DNA from: Leucoraja erinacea
Taxonomy: Eukaryota
Length of the DNA stretch: 64,000 bases
Reading direction: 5' to 3'
NCBI RefSeq assembly: GCF_028641065.1
Contig: NC_073384.1
Coordinates: 63,860,001 to 63,924,000, forward strand
Position numbers and translations under genes: made by a program. Position 1 is the stretch's first letter, and every line of letters starts with the position of its first letter. Under the pieces are notes generated by a model. The model saw nothing but the letters and a program-made list of their open reading frames with translations. It was not told the origin of the DNA and searched no databases. This document shows positions 13,023 to 26,110 of this stretch, one piece after another.

Positions 13023-13329
13023 TTCCAGTCAGACTGAATGTGCAGGAAGGAACTGCAGACGCTGGGTTTAACAGGAGATGGACATAAAATGCTTTCCAGT
13101 GGGAATGGATGTGAGGGAAGGAACAGCAGATGTTTATGGTTTAAACCGAATATCTGGACACAACAAGCTTTCCAGTCTGAGCTTTCCAGTCAGACTGATC
13201 TCGGTCGAGAGGATCTATCGCTCATCCTGCGGCTTGCCGGAGAGACCCGGCCCGCAGCTCAAAGTCACCAACGTTTAGCGAGAAACAGTTCGTGGTCTCG
13301 ACAACTAGTTAGTGAGCAGAAGGGTTGAC

Positions 13330-13834
13330 TTTATTCTCCGTGCACGCAGCCGTTGATCCGCCGCCATTCCGTTCTCGCCGGTTGCTAAGGACGCTGCCAG
13401 ATCCAGCCGTTCTCTCCCAAGCCGACAATGATGAAAAAACAACTTCAGATTTAATTCTCCAACCTTTGCAGAGATGACATTTATGCAAAATGATGCAGTA
13501 AAGGTTTACATTTCGTTATCATAATTACAGTGGTCGTAGACGAGAAATTCCCAGGATGCAATGCAATTGAGCAGGTTCAGAATAAATCAAAGGGATTTTT
13601 TAAATCATAGTTAACATTTTTTTTAAACACTGGCTTTAATGTTTTCTGTAGGTGGGGGCGGGCGGTTAATATTGCAGTTTGTAAATGAAGAGCGAGCGCG
13701 GTTGTACGGTTTGATAACCGTTTGATACCATTTGCCTGATTTGGGCGGCGCCTGGCCCCTGCTGGCCGTGGCTGGAAACCCCGTGGCGGGGCGCGAGAGG
13801 CCCTCTTTCGCTGATCCGCCGTCGAGGCCGCGGG
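13330..13834. promoter_or_regulatory. Bidirectional CpG-rich promoter CLHC1/RPS27A with RFX X-box-like site and TCT/TOP start
   Basis: CpG enrichment; gttgctaaggac at 13381; GC box ggggcgggcgg near 13655; pyrimidine start ctctttc at 13803. Confidence 0.65.
13803..13834 (+). other. RPS27A: RPS27A non-coding exon 1 (5'TOP)
   Basis: ctctttcgctgatccgcc... followed by donor ggg|gtgaga; resembles the mammalian RPS27A 5' end. Confidence 0.65.
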
Positions 13835-14069
13835 GTGAGAGCAGGCGAGCTCCGGCTATAACACACACGTACACATACACTTGTACTTCACCCAGGGCGT
13901 CGCGGTGTGCCCGCGCAGCGCTTATTACATAGCTCTATGGCTTCTATGGTTTCACCAAGTCCTGGGTCCACTTTTTCTTGTGTCAATCGTGTTATGTTCC
14001 AATGAACATTAGGTATTTAATACAACAGTGCTTATAGAAAATAATATTGCACCATTAGGAAAAATTTGA

Positions 14070-14177
<108 letters not shown>

Positions 14178-16254
14178 TAATTTTAATTATCAACTTAATT
14201 TTCATTTCCAACCTGTTAGTATCCAGATCTTTAGTTTAGAACACAGCGATGGCCTGTGAAGCATTCTGTTCACCATCATGTTAACATTTGCTCTGTGTTA
14301 ATAAGAAAAGTTGAAACAATTTTAGATTGAAGACTGGAAACTAGGTAGCATACTGTAGGTTGAAAATTAGTTGGGGAATATAACAAATGACTTTTACAAA
14401 TGTTTTAAAGATAACAGTTTTCTGGAGCAAAATAAAAGTAAATGTCACTTAGTAGCTCTACTAGCATCTGTTTAAATATTTTGCTGTCATTTTTTTTTTA
14501 CAAGACATTTTGCCGGGACTGAGAACTAGGAAATTAATTGATTTTAAGTTGTAATGGTGGGGAGAGGAATATAATTGCACAATGTGAATATCTGATGGCA
14601 TGAGACTAGGGTTGCTGTGGATATGTTGGTTCAATCCAATGGTTCTTCATTATCACGCATCCTGAAGATATAATTCTTTTTGCATACAGTCTAGTAATGT
14701 ATTACTGTACACAAGCAGAATCCCAGATTAAGATCAAAGTGGATGGAAATTGTCCACTGAGACAATGTCTCATAAAGGCTCGTTGTCCTGGTGACGTTGT
14801 AGAGTCAATGGCCTGGCCAAGTGAAGTTGTAGGCATCTGTGCGCTCGATCTACTGGACTGGCGCCAGATCCAGCAGAACCTGCAACCATTGCTTCTGGCC
14901 AGATCATTGAAAATGTTAAGGCTACATTGGGACGAGTGAACTATTGTCCCACTCAACTTAATTTTCATTTGAAACCTGTTAGTATCCAGATCTTTAGTTT
15001 AGAACACAGCGATGGCCTGTGAAGCATTCTGTTCACCATCATGTTAACATTTGCTCTGTGTTAATAAGAAAAGTTGAAACAATTTTAGATTGAAGACTGG
15101 AAACTAGGTAGCATACTGTAGGTTGAAAATTAGTTGGGGAATATAACAAATGACTTTTACAAATGTTTTAAAGATAACAGTTTTCTGGAGCAAAATAAAA
15201 GTAATGTCAAATGAAAATTGCAGCAAGACATTTTGCAACAGGAAGTGGAAACTGCTGATTATGACAGATGGGTTGAGTTGTTAAACAGAAATTCTGACAA
15301 AAATAAGTTATTGGGAACATGAAAATAAAACTGCCACACATGAAAGGTGTTCCTCAATTTGTAGAATTCTGTTTTGAATCTTGAAATTTGCAATGGTCCC
15401 AGATGGGGAAAAGGGTATTGTTGCTTGCACTGGGTCTCGTTTTGGTGCAGGAGGTTATAGGCCATATGGAAAGGAGAATCCCAGTGGATCAAAGTGGATG
15501 GAAAGAAGTTCAGAGTTGCCCCTTGACGTTGGTTGGCCTGGCCAAATATTGGTGCTCTGGAAAGTGGCCACCTAATTTGGTTGTCCCACTCCTCACCCAT
15601 ACTGTGCTGCAGAGGGCTGAAAATCAGTTGTAGTTGACAATTTAAAAAAAAGATGGAGTCGCAAATGCTGAGTGAGATGGTGGTGCATTGCTTTAACAGA
15701 AATTCTGACATAGTTATTGGAAATGAAAATTTGCGGGTGTTCCTCAATTTGTAGAATTCTGTTTTGAATCTTGAAATTTGCAATGGTCCCAGATGGGGAA
15801 AAGGGTATTGTTGCTTGCACTGGGTCTCGTTTTTGGTGCAGGAGGTTATAGGCCATATGGAAAGGAGAATATAAGTGGCAAGCAACAAGAAGTTCAGAGT
15901 TGCCCCTTTGGTCTAAATATTGGTGCTCTGGAAAGTGGTCACCTAATTTGGTCTGATGTGGAGGAAATCATGTAGACACTGATGGAAATGCAAGCGAATC
16001 ATTGCTTTACCAGGGAAATCTATTTTGGGGCTCTGGATGTTGGGAAGGAAAGGGGTGAAGGGTCGTATTGCTTTTCCTGTGGCTGCGTGGAAGAAGAACA
16101 CAGAGCTTCAAAAAGAACAGTTATTTTGGGAATGGGTGGCAGCTGTGATGAATCTGGTGTTAATAGCAAAAAAACAATTCTGGTATGCCGCCTTGTGTTA
16201 CTACTTTGGGTTTGGATTGTGTTTGAGCAAACCAGAATATTTTATTGACCAAGA

Positions 16255-16475
16255 TGGGCGGCGCAGCGGTAGGCTTGCTGTCAGAAACCATGGGTGTTGA
16301 CTTTATGGAGTTTGTACATGTGTGTTAACTTTGGGTGCTCCGGTTCCTTCGTGCCGGTTTGTACTGTAATTGGCGTGTAAGTTGTCCTTAATGCGCAGGA
16401 TAGAACTTGTGTATGGGTGATTGTTGGTTGGTGAAGACTGAAGGGCCAGTTTCTACTCTGTATAACTAAAGATAA
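16255..16475 (+). mobile_element. tRNA-derived SINE (HE1-like), degenerate
   Basis: gggcggcgcagcggta head, ggagtttgtac/ccggtt core and CR1-like tail, shared with other copies in the window. Confidence 0.6.
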
Positions 16476-17025
16476 CAATGCTAGATTTGTTGGTGTGGGT
16501 CATGTTCTTGAAATTACGTTGCTCTTTAATTTGAGAGCAAATAATTTGAATATCAGTATTTAAGTGGTATACAAGCATCTCATTCCAATGAACGCATGCC
16601 TGATGAAACAACTTCAGGAATATTTTGCACTGGTATAGTCTTTGCTAATATTGAAGGAATGTACTTGCAATAAAGAGAGTTGGACGAAGGTTTATTGATA
16701 ACTTCAGATAAAAAGTCAAGCAGTCTTGTTTCCTGACTTTCAAAAGATGCAGTGATCTCAAGAAAGGGAAAAGTTATTCCTGAGTTAGTGTTTCCAGACC
16801 AGGGAACACTATCTCAAATAAGAATCTGTCCATTGAGGACAGAAGCAAGAAATTTCTTCACCTAGGGATAGTGAATCTTTAGAGTTCCAATCTAAGCAGG
16901 CTATGGAACCACAGATGTTAAGCATGTTAAAGACAAGTCCAATGATTTTGCTATGTAGGTGGTGTACAGCAAGTGCAGGAAAGTGGTAAAACTGGGTAAG
17001 TGGTATTCTCCATTGAATTTGGTGA

Positions 17026-17145
<120 letters not shown>

Positions 17146-17355
17146 TGACTTTAGTTGTGCTTGACTATATAGGTTCACCACTGATTTTTTTTCAGGCATC
17201 TCCTTTAATCCAGACAAAATTACAAGAGCGTACTAAAAATCCCTCCTGTAATGGAAAATCAGTGGTGGGCCTGTATCTAATGGATTAACATTCTTGCAGT
17301 AATGCCTTGTATAACAAACCAAATGCAACATGTCACAAAAGTAACTACTGTTTAA

Positions 17356-17529
<174 letters not shown>

Positions 17530-18076
17530 TAAATTGTCACTCCAGGACCTTAAAAGCCCCCCCCCCCCCCCCCCCCTTCTCAGCTACTTCCTTTCCTTTA
17601 CGTTGACCACTCTTTTAGAATGAGCCTGTTGCAATGAAAAATATGGTGCTGGGAAATACTATGGATGCGGATTTGCTTCCCTAAAAATTTACATGGCTTC
17701 GGTATCATAAAACTTCCATTGCTATGCACCAGCAGGTCTCCTCTGACCTTCTGGGTTTAGTTCAAGACTGCTAAAACAAGGCATTTGGCTTCTTCCAACA
17801 AAGGATTACATTCTTAAGTGGGTAATCTTGTTGGATTCTAAAAAAGCCATCATGCACCCTATGTATCGTTAGGACCATGCTGCTATTTAGGTAAATATTA
17901 ATGTATATTGGATCTGTGTGTTTTGGCCAAACATCGTCTCAAATGTGCTGTAGACAATATAATTTGGTGTCAAGCATGCTTGCTGTACAATTTTCTGGCT
18001 GCTTAGTCATTGTTAAAAAATGAAGTTTGCCCAATAATCCATTTGTTGAAATTTAAACTCTTGCTTCAATTTCTAG

Positions 18077-18226
18077 GTGGACGAGTATGGGAAAATCTAT
18101 CGTCTACGCCGTGAATGTCCCTCAGAGGAGTGTGGTGCTGGTGTGTTCATGGCTAGTCACTTCAACAGGCAGTATTGTGGAAAGTGTTGCCTGACATACT
18201 GCTTCAACAAGGCTGAAGATGCATAA
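18077..18226 (+). CDS. RPS27A: RPS27A last coding exon (C4 zinc finger, stop)
   Basis: [49 protein letters not shown]. Confidence 0.97.
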   Translation: MDEYGKIYRLRRECPSEECGAGVFMASHFNRQYCGKCCLTYCFNKAEDA

Positions 18227-18239
18227 TTATATACATTTT

Positions 18240-18245
18240 AATAAA
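18240..18245 (+). terminator. Polyadenylation signal of RPS27A
   Basis: AATAAA 13 nt after the stop codon. Confidence 0.8.
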
Positions 18246-18409
18246 CTATGATGGAAAACAAATTATGCAGAATTGTTTACTATCACTCAAATGTTACTGT
18301 TTTCTTTAGTTCATAGAGGATCTTGACACTAAACTTTTTTCTGGTATAAGCTGGAGATAATTTTTAAAGATAAAGCGGGGGGGGGGGGGGGGGGGGAGAA
18401 ATATTTTAC

Positions 18410-18800
18410 TACAATGCCAGGACTTGAGGGTCTGAGTATAGGGAGAGGTTGGGAAGGCTAGGACTTTATTTTTTTGGAATGAACATAGTGGTGCAAAAAA
18501 AAAATCATGATCAGGTGAAGGGCGAGGTGTATGAAATCTTGAAGGGAATTAATAGGGTCAATGCATGGAGTCTTACCAATAGTATGGTCATAGATTTAAG
18601 GTGAGGGGAATGATTTAATAGAAACCTGAGGGCCACTTCTTCCACACAGGGTGGTGGATATATGGAATGAGCTGAGGTAGTTACTATAATACAAATTTGG
18701 AAAGATAAGAAAGGTTCAGAGGCATATAGGCCAAATTCGGGCAGGTGGGATTAGTATAGATGGGGCCTGTTGGTCAGTGTGAACAATCGTGCTGAATGTT
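18410..18800 (+). mobile_element. CR1-like LINE 3' fragment
   Basis: Degenerate CR1 3'-end motifs (acacaggggtggtggatatatggaatgagctg). Confidence 0.65.
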
Positions 18801-19352
18801 CCTGGAATGGTGAACAAGAATTGTTCTTGCTTGCGGATCCACAAACCCTTGGTTTGTGAACTGTCTGAAATTGCTTAATAGGAAGTGCCCATAAAGACAA
18901 CTAAAGGGAGCCTGCACAAATTACACCTGAATATAATTAAATACAATGTTAGGAAAAAAAGGACATTATTAAAGATGACAGAACCAATCAATAGAATGTT
19001 TTACATTAAGACATAATGGACTTTGAAAAATCAGAAAAGGTTGAAAACCAAAATGAATTGTAAAAATCCCTTTGAGTCACTTGCTATAAATATTTTTCAA
19101 GGAACTCAAATTGTAGCATTTGGTTGCCATACAAATCAAGATTACATTCAATCTGAAAACATTATCAGTTACATCATTAAGGCTATAGCAATCTATTTAA
19201 AGCAAAAAAAGATGGTGGAATTTAGTGGACCTGACAACATGTAGAGCAAAGGGATAGTTTGTCAACTTCCATTCTTTTGCTTTCACAGAAGTAGCTTAAC
19301 CTGCTATGTACTTCCAGCAGTTGGTTTTTGACCCAGATTCCAAAATCGTCAG

Positions 19353-20412
19353 GTACACAAAATTGCTGGTGCGGGTGCAGCAGCATCTACGGAGCAAAGG
19401 AAATAGGCAACGTTTCGGGCCGAAACCCTTCTTCAGACTGATGGGGGTGGGGGGGGGGAAAGGAAGGAAATGGGGAGGAGGAGGAGCCCGAAGGCGGGCG
19501 GGTGGGAGGAGACAGCTCAAGGGTTAAGGAAGGGGAGGAGACAGGGCTAGCAAAATTGGGAGAATTCAATGTTAATGCCATCCGGACGCAAGGTCCCCAG
19601 GCGGAATATGAGGTGCTGTTCCTCCAATTTCCGCGGTTGCTCACTCTGGCAATGGAGGAGACCCAGGACAGAGAGGTCGGATTGGGAATGGGAGGGGGAG
19701 TTGAAGTGCTGAGCCACCGGGAGGTCAGGTTGGTTATTGCGGACTGAGCGGAGATGTTCGGCGAAACGATCGCCCAACCTACGCTTAGTCTCCCTGATGT
19801 AAATCAGCTGACACCTAGAGCAGCGGATGCAGTAGATGAGGTTGGAGGAGATGCAGGTGAACCTTTGTCGCACCTGGAACGATTGCTTGGGTCCTTGAAT
19901 GGAGTCGAGGGGGGAGGTGAAGGGACAGGTGTTGCATTTCTTGCGGTTGCAACAGAAAGTACCCGGGGAGGGGGTGGTGCGGGAGGGAAGGGAAGAATTG
20001 ACAAGGGAGTTGCGGAGGGAGTGGTCTTTGCGGAAGGCAGACATGGGGGGAGATGGGAAGATGTGGCGAGTGGTGGGGTCACGTTGGAGGTGGCGGAAAT
20101 GGCGGAGGATTATGTGTTGTATTTGCTGGCTGGTGGGGTGAAAGGTGAGGACCAGAGGGACTCTGCCCTTGTTGCGAGTGCGGGGATGGGGAGAGAGAGC
20201 AGTGTTACGGGGTATGGATGAGGCCCTGTTGTGAGCTTCATCTATGGTGGCGGAGGGGAATCCCCGTTCCCTGAAGAACGAGGACATTTCTGATGCCCTG
20301 GTATGGAATGTCTCATCCTGGGAACAGATGCGGCGTAGGCAGAGGAATTGGGAGTAGGGGATGGAGTCTTTACAGTGGGCATGGTGGGAAGACGTGTAGT
20401 CCAGAGGTGTAG
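19353..20412 (-). mobile_element. Penelope-like element (GIY-YIG endonuclease region + terminal repeat)
   Basis: Open frame with NLIYCIRCSRCQLIYIRETKRRLGDRFAEH (GIY-YIG). 15-bp TSD ttccaaaatc(g/a)tcag at 19338-19352 and 20413-20427. Hammerhead-like core at 19409-19436. Confidence 0.85.
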
Positions 20413-23400
20413 TTCCAAAATCATCAGTCTCTTCTGGCTCCATGATCTATTTTGAAGGTAGACAAAAGTGCTGGAGAAACTCAGCGGGTGCAGCAGCATC
20501 TATGGAGCGAAGGAAATGGGCAACGTTTTGGGCCGAAACCCTTGATTTTGGCAAAACAATATACACCATCAGGTGCAGATAATAAACCGTTTATGTGCAA
20601 AACAAATGTTGATTGGTCAGAACGAGAAGAATGTATATCTTAAGCTAGGTCATTTTGTGAATCGGCATTTTTACTCTTACACATCATACGAGACAGAATG
20701 CCGAATTTAAACCAATTAATTCCAAGTTGCCTCATCAATACTTGTGCCGATCTACAGGCATTTCTAAACAATATCAATCTCCGAGGAAGCCCTGAAACAA
20801 ATTAAATATTTGCAGCTATGTTGCAAAATGAAAGCATGTTAATAAAAGCTTTAAAACAAAAATGCTGCAACTTGAAGCAAAGAAAGATAATGAATTAAAC
20901 ACTAGAATGCATGAGATTTTGACATCCAAGGAAGTAGGAATTAACAAATTTAAGAAAAAACTTATTTATGCAATTGTACAATTTTATACAATATCTACAA
21001 TTTTGTTCAAGCAAACGATATTGATATTAGATTGTCATGTTTACATGAGATACACTGAAAAGTAATAATATACATATCCTTTTAAATGTGAGTAATAGTT
21101 GGGGAGAATTTTCTTAAATTTCTTTGGGCTGATGATAGTGGCCGAGACCCTGTGCAAAAAGAATCTATAAAAAGCTACATGGCCAGTGTGCTTATATCAG
21201 AACATTGGCTTTTAGTATTTTGGTCATGTTCTTATTGAATAGAGAAGAGCAAGCAAGATACCCTAAATGTCCTGATACTGCAAATATTTATTATATACTT
21301 ACAGTTGAAATTCTTTACAAGCCAAAATTGCAAAGAAAATAGAAAATGCCAAAAACACTCAAAGTCCAGCAGTAACTAGGGGAGAAAAAGTTAACATTTC
21401 AAGTTGATGACCTTACATCAGATGTGAGACAAATCTAGTTTTAAGATGCTGAGAAACTGGGAGAGAACATTATGTGAAAGGCTAGAGACTAAAAGACAAA
21501 TAGTGATACTGCAAGGTTGTACTATGGTTCAAAAAGGTCACTGTGGAGGAGGTGCAACTGCAGGATGATCATCTGAAATTACACAGGAACATGAATTAGC
21601 AGAAGGCCACTTTGCCCTTTGAGCCGACCCTTTTAAATATCCCCACTGATTTGTTTGTAACGGTAATCCTATATTCTCATCTGCTCTCGTAACCGTTCAC
21701 CCCTTGGTTATCAATAACCTAACTAAAATATTCAAACACTGGTTCTGTCACTCTTTGAGAAAGAGTGTTGCAAATGGTTCATGACCCTCTTAGACAGAAA
21801 AAAAAAATCAGAAGATTATTGAATTCTGGAATGACAATGTCTGAAATACTAAATACCCAGAATTGTTGAACTCAATGAAAGGTCCTGAAGGCTGTGATGT
21901 GTTAGCTTGAAAAAAGGGCAGAGCCGTTCTCAGTCTTACACTGAATATGGCTAGAATAGGGTAGGGGGGGTCAAAGACAGATTACAATCAGAGTGCAAAA
22001 GAAATGAGAAGTGACAAGGGACTGGAAACTTGATTGTGAATTAAAAGCTGTTCACAAAGAATTCCTTAATCTGGTTTCCCAGCTTTGAAATTACCACATC
22101 ATGAGTCGCAAATCCAGTAAATTAAATTGAAAGTAGTTCAAATGAATTACTCAGAACAACAAAAAGTGACGGAAAAATTATAAGGAGGTAAAAGGGCTTC
22201 TATAGTATTTCTTACAATTTATTGAGGGAAGGGAACAGGGTATTAGCGGAGGTGGCATCATCCCTTCAGAATTTTAAAAGAGACTTGTGCAGCGGAGATA
22301 TCAGAAATTGCCAAGAAAGATGCCTTGACTATGGAAACTGATGGAATAAACCAGGGGAGTCCCGTCCCAATTTTGAGAATGGACGGGACAACAAAAATGG
22401 TCAAGGGTCCTGGAAACATTGAAGGGTGGGATAGTTTAAAAAAAGGAAAATATATTTGAAGGAATATTTCTCTTCCCCTCTCTTCTCGGTCATCCCTTTT
22501 TATTTACACCTACTCCAGCCAGATCACTGATGATCAATAATCCTTCATTGTCCATCCTCAACCAGAATTCTCACCTCAGCATTTAGTCTCTCCCCGACCA
22601 CATTCACTTTATTCATTTGCAACGTCAAATGTTTAATTTCCAAGTTTTTCTAGTTCTGCTGAAAGGTCATCAAAATAAAAGGTCAAATATGTTTCTACAC
22701 AGATGTTGCTTGACCTGCGAATTTCTAGTATTACCGTTGAATCCGTCTTGAAAGGTGGTGATATTAGCATAGATACCACAAAAACAGAAACACTGAGTGA
22801 AAGGAATGGTGTCCTTTTTGGAAGCACCAGGGGAGGAAGTATAGCTGAGATAACTGGAAAGGTATATAGGCATATGGTGAATCTCCATTCCAGCCTTTGC
22901 TCCCCCCACCCACAAAACGGTGTTAAACAGGTCACAGGGAAGAGTTGGCACTAGATCATATGAAGATGAGGGCAAGGTGGAATGTGATGAGGTTTCAAAT
23001 TCAGGGCACAAGCAGGAGGTAGAACTATATAATTAAAAAAAAGGTGAAGGGAGTGAATGAAATAGGATAAAAGTAGAAAATATTTAAAGTATATCCTGAT
23101 GAGACATGACAACATTTTCTGCTTTGATCCTATTTCAGTCCATACTTGGTCCCACATGAGTTTGTATTGGGCCACATTTCATTTGGAAACAGATGAAGTC
23201 AAATGCAAGGTTTTCAACAGGAACATATGTTTTCCTTGGTGGGGGAGAGCTGCCATAGAAGACAATTAGTTGAGGCTCTATTCATGAGACTGTCCTCTTG
23301 GAGATTCTGACAGATTGAATGTATATGGTGAAACTGGGAACTCTTAAACTAGAAAAAGGCATCAAAAGTGTAATCAATGCAGATGGGAACAGATTGAATA

Positions 23401-24049
23401 AGGTTAGAGATGTCTTACAAAATGTCAAGATAAGGGAAATAAATGCAGTGGAATGAAACAGTCTGAAAAGGGAAGTCAACTGGATTAGTCCAATGCATTT
23501 TAAGGCGGAGGCAGAAGCTGTGACTGTGTTTGGGGGCCAAAGAGACTGGAAGCTGTGGGCACAAAAATATCTAGACAAATTGGAAGTCAAAGACCATCTG
23601 GGAAACTGACCTGATATTGGATAAGGTTAGCTTATTGTCTGGTGAGAGGGAGGAAGTAGATTCAGATTCAGATTCAATTTTTAATTGTCATTGTCAGTGT
23701 ACAGTACAGAGACAACGAAATGCACTGTCTCTGTCTCTGTAAGTAGCAGGGAACTGGTATTTTACTTCTGCAAGGTAGGTCAGTTTGCCAAAAAAAGTTC
23801 AATGGCAATGTTGAGGTTGATTAGGATGAACAAAGTGTTGCAATTTCAGAGGCAGACAGATTAAACCAAGAAGTCAAATGAAGAAATTAAATGTTAGCAT
23901 AATACCAGCAATGTCTCCAAGGAGAGTAAGAGGAAGGGATCCAGGCTGGATGAGAAATTCTAAAAAACGTGCAGAGAGCCAAAGAACCAAAAGCAAGAGG
24001 TCAACCTCAGAACTGATCTTGCTGGGTCTGCTGCGCAAAAACACTTATT

Positions 24050-24220
24050 ATAATAATAATAATAATAATCTTATTTATATAGCACATTTTTAGTCAACTT
24101 GCATTGACCCCAAAGTGCTTCACATAATTACATTACATTTACACACAGGCAAAGGTGGGTGAAGTGTCTTGCCCCAAGGACACAACGACAGTATGCACTC
24201 CAAGCGGGATTCGAACCAAC
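24050..24220 (-). mobile_element. SINE fragment with (taa)n tail
   Basis: On the minus strand, B-box ggttcgaatccc and core ccttggggcaagacacttc. Confidence 0.55.
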
Positions 24221-25161
24221 TTGGGCGAAGAAGTTGATGTGGCTGGAAAATCCTTGGCCAAAGTGAGAAAGTAAATACAGCACAGTGCTAAGGTCATAAA
24301 GGAATATATTAGCACAATTAAAACATGATTCAAATATTCCCTTTGTTATTTAAAGACATCATTTCAATATGAGCAGAACTTAGTTTTCCACAATCCATCC
24401 ATATTGTGCAAATGCCACCACACCCAAGGTTTCACATTAACTCGCCACTGATTTTTAGAATCAAAATCAAAACATAAAATAAAAATATAATTTGTACAGT
24501 AATAATTTCCTAAGAGGTATTTAACAGTATGTTCATAAAGTCACTAAATATACAAAAAAAATTGGAAATTTAAATTTTTTTGGAACTCAGAGGAAGATTA
24601 ATTTTAATCTATTTTCCCTTTTTCACTTTCAAATTAGGGGACCTGTGGAACAATAGTCAAGGAGAACATGCAAGTAATCTCTCTTCCTGTTTGGTGTTAT
24701 AATCAAAGCCTTTCCGTGGTCAAAATCATCTGATCCCCTTGGTTAAAATGTTGAGAATGGATTCCTTGCATTCAATAACTAATGGAGACCAACCTGCAGC
24801 TTAACTCACAAGTCTTTGATAATGGCTTATCACGAGTCAAATCTACTTAAAAACTGCTGAAAACAAGAGCAAAGTTCCAATCATAAATAATGATAATATG
24901 CAATATACTATGAACATTATCAAATACATTACCAACATGCAAAACGTTTAGTCTACATTTACCATTTTTAACTGATAAATAGCATCCTTTTCCTCAAAGA
25001 AATAAAACATACAATTAAAAAATACACAATACTTACATTATTTTAAACTGTGGCTTGAAACCTTCTGGGTCATTGGCCAATTTTGCTATATTCTTTTTCA
25101 GACTTATTTTGGAGATATTGCTATGTTTAAAAGATCTTCTGCATTGCTCCATTACTGTATA

Positions 25162-25167
25162 TTTATT
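25162..25167 (-). terminator. Candidate MTIF2 polyadenylation signal
   Basis: AATAAA on the minus strand about 220 nt downstream of the stop codon. Confidence 0.45.
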
Positions 25168-25389
25168 TCTGCCCAATAAATTAGCTCCTTACCTTATGAC
25201 ACTTAAGTGACACTTCCATGAGAAGTGATGAAACATACTACAACAGTTTTTAGCAGTCTTCATTCCAAACAGTAGTTCAAGTACAACAAAAACATATCTT
25301 GCCTGTTTTATCCATTTTACTGGACAGAATTTATAATGATAGTTCAATTTAATTATATTCAATAATTAATAGGCTGCTTGCATTTCGTT

Positions 25390-25559
25390 TTAAAATCCTG
25401 GATCCCAAGAGATACTTTGTTGAACTTCCTTTTCTTCATAACAAATAATTTCATCACCAAGTTTTATATCAATATCATTATCCAAGCTGAGGCCACATTC
25501 CATGCCCGTCTTCACGACTGGGACATCATCCTTCAGATGTTTAAGCGAAGTAAGGAAAC
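25390..25559 (-). CDS. MTIF2: Mitochondrial translation initiation factor 2, coding exon 13 (last)
   Basis: GFLTSLKHLKDDVPVVKTGMECGLSLD...QSISWDPGF*. Confidence 0.95.
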
Positions 25560-25969
25560 CTGAATAGGGTAGGAAATTTTGTTTGTTTAACTTGACTTTA
25601 CTCTACTGGTTACAAACACTTACCCTGCACAAGCATTTTAAAGTGCACACTTTTGCTGATTTATTAGATTATTTTGTTTAACCTATTGATCTCCCACCAC
25701 TGCAGCAATAACCTTTGTAGGCCAACACAACTGACAGGCAATTTGCTCTTTGCCATGAGAAATAATTTGGAAAAGGCTATTGTAAAGGAGAATGGACATA
25801 CGACACAATTTACAGGTATCACACAAATGGATATTTTGCAAGTCATTTAAATGCTCGATGCTAAACCACTCTTGGAAATTTGTTCTATGCCAGTAATTTG
25901 TCATGCAATAGTATTACAAAATGACAAAGCATGCACAATAAACAGAATTGTATAATAGAAAAAACATAC

Positions 25970-26110
25970 CTCTCCACAAAATATGCCCATCGCGGATGAG
26001 CATAAACTTCATCTTCCGCTGCAACTGACCCTTGTGAACTCTACATCCCGCTACAGGAACCTCCTTTTTTCCTACTGTCACATGGAAAATTGCCAACACC
26101 GATGCCTCTC
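25970..26110 (-). CDS. MTIF2: MTIF2 coding exon 12
   Basis: [28 protein letters not shown]...HILWR; AG/GT, phase consistent. Confidence 0.95.

Noticed and set aside
14239-14387. Hairpin + ANANNA + ACA pattern (H/ACA snoRNA?)
   Set aside because: Pocket-to-box spacing is wrong, the second hairpin is weak, and it lies in the suspect duplicated tract.
15259-15888. 209-aa ORF with an internal repeat
   Set aside because: Produced by the garbled tandem duplication; antisense within an RPS27A intron.
20457-20543. Second terminal repeat suggesting an LTR-like pair around the Penelope ORF
   Set aside because: The element's TSD closes at 20413-20427, so this repeat is a separate short insertion. The ORF's first residues come from flanking DNA.
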